Translations under genes and position numbers: made by a program
Shown here: positions 30,910-41,083 of the stretch, one piece after another
How positions within the stretch are numbered: position 1 is the first letter of the stretch
Layout: every line of letters starts with the position of its first letter
IMG/VR virus record: IMGVR_UViG_3300046786_000293
Span: 224,001 to 288,000 of that record
Length of the DNA: 64,000 nucleotides
Source of the DNA: a virus
Taxonomy: Duplodnaviria > Caudoviricetes
Direction: 5' to 3' (one strand)
The notes under the pieces: model-generated
Databases searched by the model: none
Seen by the model: only the letters and a program-made list of their open reading frames with translations
Told to the model about the DNA's origin: nothing

Positions 30910-32229
30910 ATGTTCATTAATGAAGTAATCACTGAAGCCTTTGACCAACCTTATCCATTTAAATGGGAAAAGGGAGAATTCGGTGACCTGGACGCCTTGG
31001 CGAAATTGGATGACGGAACTTTTCTAAGTATAATGTTTAATCTCGCTGACATGTCAGAAAATGATTGGGGCGTTGAATTTTATAGAAACAACAGTCAATC
31101 AGTTACTGGAGAGGGTGACGCTCAACGAGTATTTGCTACCGTACTAACTGCAATCGGGCAATTTATAAAAAAGAAAAAACCCAATACTCTATTTTTTACA
31201 GCAGTAAAAGAAGAAGATCCCACTGGCAGTAGAGAAAAACTATACGATAGACTAGTTCAAAGATATGCCGATGGATTAGGGTACAACCTACAAAAGGTTG
31301 AATATCCTGAACAAACAGGGTATAAGTTAACACGCAAAGAACAAAAAGAGTTAACCGAAAGTCTAAGTCGTGTAGCATACCACTACACTAGCACTATGCC
31401 TGCTCTTAAGATACTAAAGTCAGGCGAATTCCAATTAAGTTCTGCTTTAGGTAGTGTTGAACAACAATATATGCCACAAGGCCGCCCTTACTTTATGAGT
31501 GCTACTAGGACGTTAACTGGCGGGTATCATCATATGTCTGCTGGCCGTCGTGGTGTGCTGTTTGTACTAGACGGCGATTGGTTTAATCAACGATATAAAA
31601 GTGGCCCGATTGATTATTGGGAAAATAGAGGCAAACTACACTACGGTCGCCCAAGCGAAGCCGAAGATAGAATTTATAGCAAAGAGCCTACTATACCAAT
31701 TGGTGGCGTAGCAGCCGTTCATGTATTCCTTAACGTAGAAGACGAAGACAAAGACAGCGAACAGGTTGCTCATGATCGATCTGTTGTTCGAGAATTATTA
31801 ATCGCCGCAAAGGTTAGTGGTATCCCTGCATATTTTTATAACAACAAAGATGCTTGGTTAACACTAGATACACGTAAGACCGCAGATATTAGTCAACTAA
31901 CTGGTAGTCGCAAACCTAGTTGGTATCGCCCAATGCGTCGTCGTAGTTATATGCAAAACTGGCTAGAACTAATGCAAGCCAATGCACAAAATCAATTAAG
32001 CAAAGATGCAGACCACACACGTTATAACTTAAACTACGACTATGATAGACAAGAAGCCGCTAAAGCATTGGCTAATGATATGAGCAATGCTCGTAAACCC
32101 GATTCAGGTCCAGAGCGTGACGACGCTGTAAAGATTATTCGCTATATGCAACAGAATAGATTGCATACTATTTTAGATTTTGTTAACCACATTGCAGCAA
32201 AGTGGAAGTCTATCCAGCAAAAGACTTAA
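30910..32229 (+). CDS. Probable head-packaged polyprotein; second domain ADP-ribosyltransferase-like
   Basis: N-terminal MFINEVITE and internal KELTE; second domain YHYTS...ILKSGEF...YFMSATR; AATAAATA 4 nt before ATG. Confidence 0.45.
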   Translation: MFINEVITEAFDQPYPFKWEKGEFGDLDALAKLDDGTFLSIMFNLADMSENDWGVEFYRNNSQSVTGEGDAQRVFATVLTAIGQFIKKKKPNTLFFTAVKEEDPTGSREKLYDRLVQRYADGLGYNLQKVEYPEQTGYKLTRKEQKELTESLSRVAYHYTSTMPALKILKSGEFQLSSALGSVEQQYMPQGRPYFMSATRTLTGGYHHMSAGRRGVLFVLDGDWFNQRYKSGPIDYWENRGKLHYGRPSEAEDRIYSKEPTIPIGGVAAVHVFLNVEDEDKDSEQVAHDRSVVRELLIAAKVSGIPAYFYNNKDAWLTLDTRKTADISQLTGSRKPSWYRPMRRRSYMQNWLELMQANAQNQLSKDADHTRYNLNYDYDRQEAAKALANDMSNARKPDSGPERDDAVKIIRYMQQNRLHTILDFVNHIAAKWKSIQQKT

Positions 32230-33325
32230 CAGACTTCACAATATATTCTACTTCAGCGTCTGTTAGTTCGGGATAGATTGGTAAACTGAGACATTCAGTA
32301 CAAAACGCACTTGCATTTCTATATAACTCTGACACATAGTTAATGTAAGGATATCCAACTGGATATTCAAACAAAGGTTTTTCGTAATGAATCTTTGTTT
32401 CTATTCCGCACAAAGACAAATGATGTTTAAGTTTAGTACGGTCGCTAGTTCTAATCACATACTTGTGCCAAGCATGGACAACATCTTTACTGTGTGTTGG
32501 TGTGTCAATTAGTCTACAATCTGCAAGTTCTCGGTTATAGTATTCTGCAATCTCTGTTCTACGTCGTTGCCAAGCATCGAAGTACCTTAACTTGACTAGC
32601 ATTTGAGAGCAGTCGGCTTCACTCATTTTGCTGTTAGTACCTGGATAATCGTGATCGTTGGTTTTACCGTTGTCGCGTAAATCTCTTAGTATCTTAGCAT
32701 CGTATAAATTATCCACTAGAATCATTCCACCCGACCCATAGTTAGGTAAGTTTTTAGTAGGATCAAAACTTAGTACGCTAACATCCCCCAAACTACCACT
32801 AGGTTGACCTTTATAGCTAGCACCAAAACTTTGTGCGGCATCTTCGATTATATATAAATCTTTATTAAAGAACTTGGCTTGCACACTAAATCTATCCCAA
32901 TCTACAATGTTGCCAAATAAGTTAACATACATAATGCCATTAACGCCTGTAGCATTCAATGCATAGTCTATACTTTCTAAGTCTATTAGCGCATTGTCAT
33001 CTGTGTCACAGAGTAATGGTGTATTACCATTTAGCAATACGCTATTGATAGTAGCAACAAAACTAATAGTAGGAATAAGAATTTTCGAAGGTTCTTTAAA
33101 TAGCAATTGTTGTGAAAAAATCAAAGCCTGGGTGCAACTATTCACCGCAACTGCATATCGACGATGACAACGTTTTGCTATTTGTCTTTCGAACTCTTCG
33201 GTATAGTTTCCGTCTAATACTTGGCCTGTTGAATACACAACATCACTGGCGTCGAGTAACTCTTCACGCAGGATACTATATTGGCGCTTCAGACCAAAGA
33301 ACGGGATTATAATTTGTTTTGCCAA
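32210..33325 (-). CDS. DegT/DnrJ/EryC1/StrS PLP-dependent aminotransferase
   Basis: VNSCTQAL, IEDAAQSFG, SFDPTKNL (catalytic Lys), LSLPIYP. Confidence 0.9.
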   Translation of the reverse strand: MAKQIIIPFFGLKRQYSILREELLDASDVVYSTGQVLDGNYTEEFERQIAKRCHRRYAVAVNSCTQALIFSQQLLFKEPSKILIPTISFVATINSVLLNGNTPLLCDTDDNALIDLESIDYALNATGVNGIMYVNLFGNIVDWDRFSVQAKFFNKDLYIIEDAAQSFGASYKGQPSGSLGDVSVLSFDPTKNLPNYGSGGMILVDNLYDAKILRDLRDNGKTNDHDYPGTNSKMSEADCSQMLVKLRYFDAWQRRRTEIAEYYNRELADCRLIDTPTHSKDVVHAWHKYVIRTSDRTKLKHHLSLCGIETKIHYEKPLFEYPVGYPYINYVSELYRNASAFCTECLSLPIYPELTDAEVEYIVKSVKSFAG

Positions 33326-34269
33326 AACGGATCGTTCTTAAACCAGTTATAGTAACGTTGAAATCCTTCTTCAACGTCCACCTTTGGATCAAATCTAAAG
33401 TCTCGACGGGCGGCATCGATGTTTAATGCACCACGACTTGGAAAGTCTGCATCTTTGTCGCGAACTTCGATTCTGCCACGTCCTGCAATTTTAACTGCGA
33501 GGTTGGCAGCATCTAATAGACTGTAACTGTGACTCTTAGTTATGTTATAGGTTTTATTATTTGCATCAGCGCTAAGTGCAGCCTGTGTAATACCACGTGC
33601 GGCATCTTCTACATATGTAAAGTCGAGGGTCTCTCCTGCACCGTTAACTTTGAGAGTTTGATCCCGCATAGCCGCAAGCATAAATTTCGACACCACGCGA
33701 TCCTCCACGTCCAGTTCTCCGTAAACAGCACTAGGACGAATGATAGTGTAATCAAAACACCCACGACGATGATAATCTTTAACAAGATGTTCTCCCATTA
33801 GTTTCATAATACCATATTGACCTTGCGGATTACAAATAGCATCTTCTTTTACGTCGTCAGTGAAGTCTCCGTATACCATACTACTACTAATGTACACAAA
33901 CTTTTTTACATGATTAATTTTGCTAGCCTCTAGTAGATTAATTAGTCCAGTACTCATAACTTCACTACCCCACGCAGGATTGCCGCTTACTACCTTCTGT
34001 CGGGGGAAACTAGCCAAGTGAATAACTAGGTCTGGGTGAAAGGTAATGAACATATTATTCAGAGCTTTCGGGTCCCTGATATCTACTCTATGTACAACAG
34101 CCCTAAACTTTTTGCATCTTTCTTTGAATAGATATTCTATTTCGTCAAGCGGAACAAATCCGTAGTTAGTTGTATTATCTACAATGAAACATTGATGTCC
34201 TTGTTCTTCTAACATACGAACAACATTGTGACCAATAAAACCGGCGCCTCCGGTTACTAAAATATTCAT
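33307..34269 (-). CDS. NAD-dependent sugar epimerase/dehydratase
   Basis: TGGAGFIG, SSSMVYG, YGIMK (YxxxK), RPSAVYG. Confidence 0.92.
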   Translation of the reverse strand: MNILVTGGAGFIGHNVVRMLEEQGHQCFIVDNTTNYGFVPLDEIEYLFKERCKKFRAVVHRVDIRDPKALNNMFITFHPDLVIHLASFPRQKVVSGNPAWGSEVMSTGLINLLEASKINHVKKFVYISSSMVYGDFTDDVKEDAICNPQGQYGIMKLMGEHLVKDYHRRGCFDYTIIRPSAVYGELDVEDRVVSKFMLAAMRDQTLKVNGAGETLDFTYVEDAARGITQAALSADANNKTYNITKSHSYSLLDAANLAVKIAGRGRIEVRDKDADFPSRGALNIDAARRDFRFDPKVDVEEGFQRYYNWFKNDPFWQNKL

Positions 34270-34508
34270 TTAATTCCCCATTTTAATGTAAAATATGTTG
34301 CGTCTTCTTCTCGTAAGTCTGCAGTGATAACTACCCGCACTCCATATCTTGAAATATCCCAGCCCGTATTCCAAACTGGCGGAGTTATGGCCCGATCCAT
34401 AACCCATTGTCCTTGCTCACTCTTTTCCCATTTATACAACGGATCGGCAATATAAACTTCGATGTCATCTACATCGCCCATATAAAATTCGTGTACGGCG
34501 ATCTTCAA
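34266..34508 (-). CDS. Small protein of the LRW C-terminal motif family
   Basis: Ends [14 protein letters not shown]. Confidence 0.65.
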   Translation of the reverse strand: MKIAVHEFYMGDVDDIEVYIADPLYKWEKSEQGQWVMDRAITPPVWNTGWDISRYGVRVVITADLREEDATYFTLKWGIK

Positions 34509-35416
34509 ACCGCCATCTCCGCTTTAATTGTACTATGACTTTGATAATTGATTAATTCAATGTCTGCCATAGTAAACTTATTAATATCTGTAATATTTTG
34601 ATTAAGCTGAAGTTGTGGACCAGATAAGGGTTCACGTGATAATTGCTCTTTTACCTGCTCTACATGATTTAGATATATGTGTGCATCACCTAATACGTGA
34701 ACGAACTCCCCCACATCCAAATTGCACACTTGAGCTATAAGATGCGTTAGCAAACTGTAGCTTGCGATATTGAAGGGTACACCTAAAAACATGTCACAAC
34801 TTCTTTGATACATCTGACAACTTAGTCGATTGTCTGCAACGTAAAACTGGGCAAAGGTATGACACGGTGGGAGGGCCATGGCTTCTAATTCACCTGGGTT
34901 CCATGCTGATAATATATGTCGTCTTCCGTGCGGGTCCCGTTTAATGCCCTCAATAAGATTCTTTAATTGATCGACTTCTTTAAAATGTACGTAGCCTGAT
35001 CTATGAAACTGGTTTCCAAAATCATCTTTAAATGTTTCTTGCTTATGCTCTATAGGTGTGCGCCATTTGCGCCATTGTACTCCATAGACTCTTCCAAGAT
35101 CTCCTGCATATTTTGCTTGAGGATACCAATAATCTGCCAAAGCGTTACCTGTCCATATAGTTGTCTTGCTACTGTCACGAGTACCATGTAGTATTTCGGC
35201 GAGCCGTCGTTCATCGCCGCTTCCTTCGATAAACCATAAAAGTTCGCTTACAACACTTTTCCAAGCTAGCTTCTTAGTAGTGATAGCAGGAAATTCTTTG
35301 CTTAGATCATAACGTTGTTGCATACCAAACACGCTAATAGTACCCGTACCAGTTCTATCTTGTTTGGTTGTACCATTTTCTAATACGTACTTTAATGCGT
35401 CTAAGTATTGTTTCAT
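34505..35416 (-). CDS. thyA: Thymidylate synthase
   Basis: DRTGTGT, TTKK, ELLWF, GRVYG-QW, RRH...WNP, MALPPCH, YQRSCD-FLG-PFN, HIY-NH. Confidence 0.97.
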   Translation of the reverse strand: MKQYLDALKYVLENGTTKQDRTGTGTISVFGMQQRYDLSKEFPAITTKKLAWKSVVSELLWFIEGSGDERRLAEILHGTRDSSKTTIWTGNALADYWYPQAKYAGDLGRVYGVQWRKWRTPIEHKQETFKDDFGNQFHRSGYVHFKEVDQLKNLIEGIKRDPHGRRHILSAWNPGELEAMALPPCHTFAQFYVADNRLSCQMYQRSCDMFLGVPFNIASYSLLTHLIAQVCNLDVGEFVHVLGDAHIYLNHVEQVKEQLSREPLSGPQLQLNQNITDINKFTMADIELINYQSHSTIKAEMAV

Positions 35417-36153
35417 AATGATAATTTATTTTTAATATAATTAAATAGAATTCGGTGACCGTACCTATTAGGGTGAACGCCATCCGGATGAAATATTTCT
35501 TCTTTACTTATTATACTATTTTCTTTATGTTTGTATAGTTCTTTGACTATTTTTGTTTGCAATGCGTAATCGTATAAATTTAAATTTATATCGTTTATCG
35601 TCCAATCGGGATTTAACACTATAGATTCTTCGTTTAATCTTTTGTATTCTGCCATATGTCCAACTAGCATATGACTAAACGAAGAAACCAATGGTATTAG
35701 GTATTCGAATTGTCTAATTAGTGTTAAGTTGATGTTACATAATCCACCTATCACATACACAACAGTATTATATTCTTGTGCAATAATATTTAATTTATTA
35801 TAGTCAGTTCTAATTAAATCTAGAATTAAATTTTCTATACCGTCTGCATTTTGAATTGCTGTGGTTAAGATATGTTTGTTATATTCGAATAGCTGCAATC
35901 GTAAATTACGTATTGGATCAGTTTGAAAGATAAAAATATAATCTTCTGAGTTAAAATGTTCTATTAGATTTGTCAACAATCTATCAATAGCCGAAGCATT
36001 ACTACTACCCCCTTCAGAAGAATTGAATACTTCATATCCAGCTTCGATAAAGTATTGTTCTAATCCTTTATGTGAGATTCTCCTACCGGTGTGGTCTCTT
36101 GTCCATTCTCCGCATCCCCAGCTATCACCAGTGATAAAGATTTTATGCGACAT
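35413..36153 (-). CDS. SGNH/GDSL-like protein
   Basis: TGDSWG, GGSSN, DGVHPN; AT-rich, sits between thyA and DHFR. Confidence 0.7.
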   Translation of the reverse strand: MSHKIFITGDSWGCGEWTRDHTGRRISHKGLEQYFIEAGYEVFNSSEGGSSNASAIDRLLTNLIEHFNSEDYIFIFQTDPIRNLRLQLFEYNKHILTTAIQNADGIENLILDLIRTDYNKLNIIAQEYNTVVYVIGGLCNINLTLIRQFEYLIPLVSSFSHMLVGHMAEYKRLNEESIVLNPDWTINDINLNLYDYALQTKIVKELYKHKENSIISKEEIFHPDGVHPNRYGHRILFNYIKNKLSL

Positions 36154-36155
36154 GT

Positions 36156-36662
36156 TTACCGTGTGAAAGGGTCAATGTTTTTATAAGTCATCCATGTACA
36201 TTTCCTATCCGTACTAGGACCTGCACTACGTGCTTGGAAAAAACTTAAATATTTTTTTAGATCGATTTGGACATCAGTTCGAAATTGTCCTTTGAAATGT
36301 GTAATATGTACTTCGTCTACTAAATCTCGAGTTGACATTAAAATTTCTGGCCCACCGATAATCCAAATAGTTTTCGTTGGATTATTTTCTGCAATAACTT
36401 TTATAGAGGAAGATATATCACCGCGGATAGTACGAACACCATCGTATCCAAATAATGGTCTATTAGTAACTACGTAAGTAGTCCTATTAGGTAATGGCTT
36501 AGGCATCTTGGGATCATCCCAAGTTTTCCTGCCCATTATTACTATATCGCCTTGTGTTTGTTCTTTGAAATACTGTAGATCTTCAGAGTGATGGGGCCAA
36601 GGCAATGAACCTTTAAGCCCCATTCCACCCCAATGATCTACGGCAAATATTGCCTTAATCAT
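36156..36662 (-). CDS. folA: Dihydrofolate reductase
   Basis: GLKGSLPW, D...F...T, IMGRKTW, PLPNR, IIGG. Confidence 0.92.
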   Translation of the reverse strand: MIKAIFAVDHWGGMGLKGSLPWPHHSEDLQYFKEQTQGDIVIMGRKTWDDPKMPKPLPNRTTYVVTNRPLFGYDGVRTIRGDISSSIKVIAENNPTKTIWIIGGPEILMSTRDLVDEVHITHFKGQFRTDVQIDLKKYLSFFQARSAGPSTDRKCTWMTYKNIDPFTR

Positions 36663-36997
36663 AATTTACTTAATAACTTATCTGTTTCTGGCTGAACAGT
36701 TTTCTCTACTGCATCAATGTCTACAAAGAAATCTATATTGTCTATATACATATCTAATTCATCGAGTCTCGAATTAACATGTGTTTCTAATTCATCGGGG
36801 TCCGTACCTTCTGCTAAAATTCTCTTAATGTCTATTTGCACAATAGTTCCATCTTTAAGATGGACCATTAATTTTTCTAACACATGAATCGGGACTTCGT
36901 CTTTGTCTACGTCTTTAAGTATATTTTTCCAAGTTGACTTTGAATTAATATTAAGCCGTTTTGACTTTGGCTGTTTTTTTGGTTTTTGTTCCGCCAT
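36659..36997 (-). CDS. Hypothetical protein
   Basis: 112-aa ORF in operon. Confidence 0.6.
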   Translation of the reverse strand: MAEQKPKKQPKSKRLNINSKSTWKNILKDVDKDEVPIHVLEKLMVHLKDGTIVQIDIKRILAEGTDPDELETHVNSRLDELDMYIDNIDFFVDIDAVEKTVQPETDKLLSKL

Positions 36998-37640
36998 TTT
37001 CTTTTACTGCACCGTTAAGTTCTGAGGCTTCTTTCATTAGCCTATCTGCTTCTGCTAGCAATTGCTTGGCTTCGGCGGCCATCTTCTGAGCTTGTGCCAT
37101 ACGTTGTGTGGCCATCTGCTCATCTGAAAGTACTTCATTAATACTTATCGTATTTGAAACTTCTACAGGTGTACTGCGACTATTTCGTGGAGTACGAACT
37201 TCATTGATGTCTCTTCCTTCTGCAGGGCGACGTCTCTTGCCAGTCATACCAGCTCCAGCGTCTAATTCGGCCATTTCCTTAACTGCTTCTTCACCTAATT
37301 CCATCTTATTAAGAATTTCGTTTAGTTCATCTAGACGAACTGTACTCTTAGCATTAGGTGTAATGATAACTTGGTTCGTTGGAACTTTTTTAATCATGTT
37401 TTCACGATGTAATGTTTCCAACGCATTAGTACCATCTTGCATAGTAAATCTAAACAAGTAGTCGGCAAGATCTTTTGCTTGTTGCCCAGATTCGGACTCT
37501 AATGCTGCCATGATATCATCATGAATATGGCGGGGAAGTGTCTCAGGGTATAGTAATAGACACATGTGGTCTTCGCCAGGTACTTTTCTAAAAAGCAAAA
37601 CAACTTTCTTATTGCCGTGCTTGCCTACGTGTTTGATCAT
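36951..37640 (-). CDS. Hypothetical protein with coiled-coil C-terminus
   Basis: 229-aa ORF starting MIKHVG. Confidence 0.65.
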   Translation of the reverse strand: MIKHVGKHGNKKVVLLFRKVPGEDHMCLLLYPETLPRHIHDDIMAALESESGQQAKDLADYLFRFTMQDGTNALETLHRENMIKKVPTNQVIITPNAKSTVRLDELNEILNKMELGEEAVKEMAELDAGAGMTGKRRRPAEGRDINEVRTPRNSRSTPVEVSNTISINEVLSDEQMATQRMAQAQKMAAEAKQLLAEADRLMKEASELNGAVKENGGTKTKKTAKVKTA

Positions 37641-37876
37641 TGAGGATCTCCTTGGGGTTGTTGTCCTTCAGCCGCGGCAGGCTGTTGGGGCTGTATAACA
37701 CCACTGGCTAGCAAGAAATTAAAAATTCTTTCGTAGCAAGGGCCGATGGTTGTGAATTCTTCAGGCTTGAATGCGCCACGACTAGAAGCTAAATTTAAAG
37801 TTTCTAGTACTACAACTAAATCAGATAGATTTAACTGTGGTTGATTCTGTGGCTGTTCTTTTGCTTGGTCTGACAT
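37637..37876 (-). CDS. Hypothetical protein
   Basis: 79-aa ORF with GGAG SD and TAAATA upstream. Confidence 0.65.
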   Translation of the reverse strand: MSDQAKEQPQNQPQLNLSDLVVVLETLNLASSRGAFKPEEFTTIGPCYERIFNFLLASGVIQPQQPAAAEGQQPQGDPQ

Positions 37877-37936
37877 ATTTTCTCCGATAATACATAAGAT
37901 ATTTACTATGTGTATTATCAGTGAAAATATTTTTCT

Positions 37937-38227
37937 TTAAGTCAAACCCTGTTCCCAAGTATTAATTTTGTCCAAAAAGAGGCTGAAATAACTAGCTTCA
38001 CTATGAACCTCAAAGGCTGCACACTTGCGACTTTTTGTACCTTCGCTGTCGGTAAAGATGTAGTCACCGAAATAAAATCTACCATCTAAATGTTCGTAGA
38101 TCCAATCGGTTATTCTTTTTTCGGACGTTGCTAGATCAAACGGCACTATTGCAAAGTGCGGCGGACAATGAACCATTTGTCTTATACCGAATACATTCAA
38201 AGGATTAATTTCACCGTGTTTAAGCAT
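37937..38227 (-). CDS. Small protein, divergent LRW-family member
   Basis: ITDWIYEH...FEVHSEASYFSLFL. Confidence 0.6.
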   Translation of the reverse strand: MLKHGEINPLNVFGIRQMVHCPPHFAIVPFDLATSEKRITDWIYEHLDGRFYFGDYIFTDSEGTKSRKCAAFEVHSEASYFSLFLDKINTWEQGLT

Positions 38228-38303
38228 TATTTAAATTGATTTAAAAAATAGTCAATTAGCCAAGCAATCAAACTTATTACTACAATAAAAAATATACATA
38301 GAA

Positions 38304-38411
38304 TTAGGTACTCCATTTTACGGATTTTCCTTTCTTCCATTGGCGATAGCACCACTTTATATACAACCAACGCTCGCCTTTGAGTTCCATAAATTTTTTA
38401 ATATTAAACAT
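38304..38411 (-). CDS. 35-aa Trp/Lys-rich protein
   Basis: Manual translation MFNIKKFMELKGERWLYIKWCYRQWKKGKSVKWST; purine-rich SD-like sequence upstream. Confidence 0.4.
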   Translation of the reverse strand: MFNIKKFMELKGERWLYIKWCYRQWKKGKSVKWST

Positions 38412-38877
38412 TGTCGCCTTCCTTAGTTAATTCGCACACCATTAGAAATTGTTCAAATGCCAACTTAACAGTATCATATTTCATAAGTTTTTCAGCTTCG
38501 GCTTGCATAGCCGCAATACCTGCTTCGGCAACATCGTGAGCACTTTTCCAATGTAAAAATCTTGCTCGTTCGCCAAATACTTTAACAAGTTGTTCCCATG
38601 CTTCTTTTTGCTCGTTGGTAAGAGGAGTCTCGGAATTTTCTTCTCTGCGAATCTCCGAAGCCTCTTGTACAGCCCGAGTCATAGCATCTTCGGCAATACG
38701 TCCAGCGGCAATCAATGCGGCAAAGTTTGGTTCTACGTTATAACGAGTAGATTTGCCACCGGGATACACGCTGATTAAGTGATTGCCTTTGGGTAATGCA
38801 TCTAATAATGCGTAGTCATACTCGTATACCGGTTTGTATCTACGCCCAACTTTTTCATAAAAAATCTTCTTGGTCAT
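38404..38877 (-). CDS. Hypothetical protein
   Basis: 157-aa ORF. Confidence 0.65.
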   Translation of the reverse strand: MTKKIFYEKVGRRYKPVYEYDYALLDALPKGNHLISVYPGGKSTRYNVEPNFAALIAAGRIAEDAMTRAVQEASEIRREENSETPLTNEQKEAWEQLVKVFGERARFLHWKSAHDVAEAGIAAMQAEAEKLMKYDTVKLAFEQFLMVCELTKEGDNV

Positions 38878-39154
38878 TTTTTAAACCGTTACTATGTCTA
38901 TCTGTTTCTCGTTCAACGTCTTGAAATAGACGTTTTTCTTGTGCTGTAAGTTTGTCTTTGCCGCCGCTATGTCTCGGATTACCGCATAAGAAGCATTCAG
39001 GATTACCGCAATCCATTGCATGTTTCTTATGTAAACGATGCGGATCTTTGACCGGAGCTCCGTGTTCTTTTGCAATTTTGGCTTGTCTTTTTACTGCGGT
39101 TTCGTCAGCGTGTCTACGCTTACTGTTTTTGATTTTTGCGTCTTGGTTGCTCAT
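38855..39154 (-). CDS. Basic protein with H/C cluster (possible Zn site)
   Basis: HAMDCGNPECFLCGNPRH. Confidence 0.6.
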   Translation of the reverse strand: MSNQDAKIKNSKRRHADETAVKRQAKIAKEHGAPVKDPHRLHKKHAMDCGNPECFLCGNPRHSGGKDKLTAQEKRLFQDVERETDRHSNGLKNDQEDFL

Positions 39155-39186
39155 CGAAATTCCTTAACTGCAATGTATTTAATGTA

Positions 39187-39429
39187 TTATAACACATTGA
39201 TCTTTTGTTGCAAAGCAAAAAAGGTTGCCGGAATTGAATCCACACAGTCTTTACGAATCCAAATTTCACCGCGCGGTAAAGTAAACCAAGGACGCTCTTG
39301 TAACTTTTGAGTTGTATTATTGTCTCCTAAGTACTGGCGACACAATTCAACTTCGGGCCAAGTTTTAGAATCGAAGTCCCAATTTATAGCTACTTTGAAA
39401 CAAAGGTGTGTTTGTTCGTAGAGTTTCAT
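39187..39429 (-). CDS. Hypothetical protein
   Basis: Start corrected to ATG 39429, overlapping the upstream stop (ATGA). Confidence 0.55.
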   Translation of the reverse strand: MKLYEQTHLCFKVAINWDFDSKTWPEVELCRQYLGDNNTTQKLQERPWFTLPRGEIWIRKDCVDSIPATFFALQQKINVL

Positions 39430-39581
39430 GACCAACCCAACATAAACATTAGTGCTTCGGCTTCTGTGTCAAAATCGTTATAGACCGTACCACGAGTACC
39501 GTAAGTTGATGTAAAGAACAAGGTAGCACGCCACATACCATCTATTTCTTCGATCTCCCAGTGACTTTCTTTGTATCTCAT
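39426..39581 (-). CDS. 51-aa LRW-family microprotein (missed by ORF track)
   Basis: MRYKESHWEIEEIDGMWRATLFFTSTYGTRGTVYNDFDTEAEALMFMLGWS; ATGA overlaps at both ends. Confidence 0.75.
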   Translation of the reverse strand: MRYKESHWEIEEIDGMWRATLFFTSTYGTRGTVYNDFDTEAEALMFMLGWS

Positions 39582-39835
39582 GACCACCTTAACTTACACA
39601 GTAGTGCATCGTTTTCATTAATGAACCAAACACTTTTCAAAAACATTTTGTAAACGTGCGGGTCAAATGTTGCCTGGCACCATTCTGCGATTTTGGTATA
39701 TTTGTTTTCCTCTGACGGCAGGTAAATGGCACTTGCGTATTCTGCACCTTTGTGCCAACCCATGTCCGGTGCCTCGTAAGGATGCATAGGTACCCTAACC
39801 TTCTTGCCGTCAATGTAAATCCACAATTCGGTCAT
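39578..39835 (-). CDS. LRW-family microprotein
   Basis: IAEWCQATF...WFINENDALLCKLRWS. Confidence 0.8.
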   Translation of the reverse strand: MTELWIYIDGKKVRVPMHPYEAPDMGWHKGAEYASAIYLPSEENKYTKIAEWCQATFDPHVYKMFLKSVWFINENDALLCKLRWS

Positions 39836-40185
39836 TTCATTAACTCTTTAATCATGTTGTATTGATCAACAGCCTCCTGAACTTTCTTCCAGGCATCTTC
39901 TAAGGTTACATTGTGTGTTTGTTTTAGTTTACGCAAAGTAACACTGGGAGGATCTTCCTCGACCCAATCATCGGGTGTAGCATCAGTCCAGTAATAAACT
40001 ATAGCATAATGACTATCATCACTTTTGTAGTCACGCCATTCATTCTTTTTCTTATCGTAATAGAGATAATCGTGGTCACTGTCGCCGTCGGCCTTGCCAC
40101 CCATACCCCATCCGCGATAGGATAGATAGTATCCCGATGTATCGGGTTGACGTTCTTCTGTTCGATACCAAATACTTGTTCTCAT
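39832..40185 (-). CDS. Hypothetical protein
   Basis: 117-aa aromatic-rich ORF interrupting the array. Confidence 0.65.
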   Translation of the reverse strand: MRTSIWYRTEERQPDTSGYYLSYRGWGMGGKADGDSDHDYLYYDKKKNEWRDYKSDDSHYAIVYYWTDATPDDWVEEDPPSVTLRKLKQTHNVTLEDAWKKVQEAVDQYNMIKELMK

Positions 40186-40641
40186 TTATTCAGTCTCCAA
40201 TACATTCCACATACCCAGTTTCTCTCGCAACATTTCGTTTTCTTTTTTAAACTTCTTAAGGTCTTGTTCTGTTTCTTGTTTGATATTGTTAGCAACTACT
40301 ACTTCCTTTTCCATTTCGTGAAGTATTTTGGCAATGTTGCGGGCTCGTAGTTGATCACGCTCTTGAGTCATATCTTCAAATTTACATTCCCAACTGTCAG
40401 ATTCACGTCTATAGAAGTCTACATCGTTTTCAAGTTGTCTGATATAATTACCTGGGCTGTAGCTTTGATAATCGATTTCAAATTCAAAAGTCTTTGGGTC
40501 CATACCTGCTGATACAAGATCAGCATATAGTCCACTGGTATCACGCAACAGCATATTCAGTAGTCGCCGGACAACGGGATCTTCGGACTCGAGATCCAAA
40601 TAGTGCAGAAGTTCTGCGTCTGATAACATAGTATAATTCAT
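40186..40641 (-). CDS. Coiled-coil hypothetical protein
   Basis: Start corrected to ATG 40641 (ATGA overlap); heptad-rich C-terminus. Confidence 0.65.
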   Translation of the reverse strand: MNYTMLSDAELLHYLDLESEDPVVRRLLNMLLRDTSGLYADLVSAGMDPKTFEFEIDYQSYSPGNYIRQLENDVDFYRRESDSWECKFEDMTQERDQLRARNIAKILHEMEKEVVVANNIKQETEQDLKKFKKENEMLREKLGMWNVLETE

Positions 40642-40838
40642 GGCTTTCTCAATTCGAACCACATAGCATCTTCTTCACACTCAAACCATATGGTGTCGCT
40701 ACCATAGTAGAGATAGAATTTTCCTGTACTTTCTTGCAGTTGCAAATCACGTTTAACTGTGAGATAGTTCCACCCACCACGTTGAACACGATGCCAATGT
40801 TGTTCGCGAATGCGTTTATCTTTGTTCCAGTACTTCAT
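40638..40838 (-). CDS. LRW-family microprotein
   Basis: MKYWNK...WFECEEDAMWFELRKP. Confidence 0.75.
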   Translation of the reverse strand: MKYWNKDKRIREQHWHRVQRGGWNYLTVKRDLQLQESTGKFYLYYGSDTIWFECEEDAMWFELRKP

Positions 40839-41083
40839 GACCACCTCAATACAAACCACTCAAGGTCTTCTGCATCCCTAAATCGAGCTTCACCGTAGTA
40901 AATGTCATCTAACCACCTAGCTTGCTGTGTGTCAGAATTAAAGCCCGACGGGCCAAATGTCTCGTAACACCATGCACCAATGTCATAATAGTATTTCGGG
41001 GCGGTAAATGCCGCAACGTGCCATGGCCCGCCACCTGAACCATCTACATCCTTCTTTAGCTGATATGTGTGAATAAACATCAT
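40835..41083 (-). CDS. LRW-family microprotein
   Basis: IGAWCYETFG...FRDAEDLEWFVLRWS. Confidence 0.8.
   Translation of the reverse strand: MMFIHTYQLKKDVDGSGGGPWHVAAFTAPKYYYDIGAWCYETFGPSGFNSDTQQARWLDDIYYGEARFRDAEDLEWFVLRWS

Noticed and set aside
34505-35416. Possible intron or homing endonuclease in thyA, as in T4 td
   Set aside because: The ORF is continuous with all motifs; no intron or HNH/GIY-YIG gene seen.
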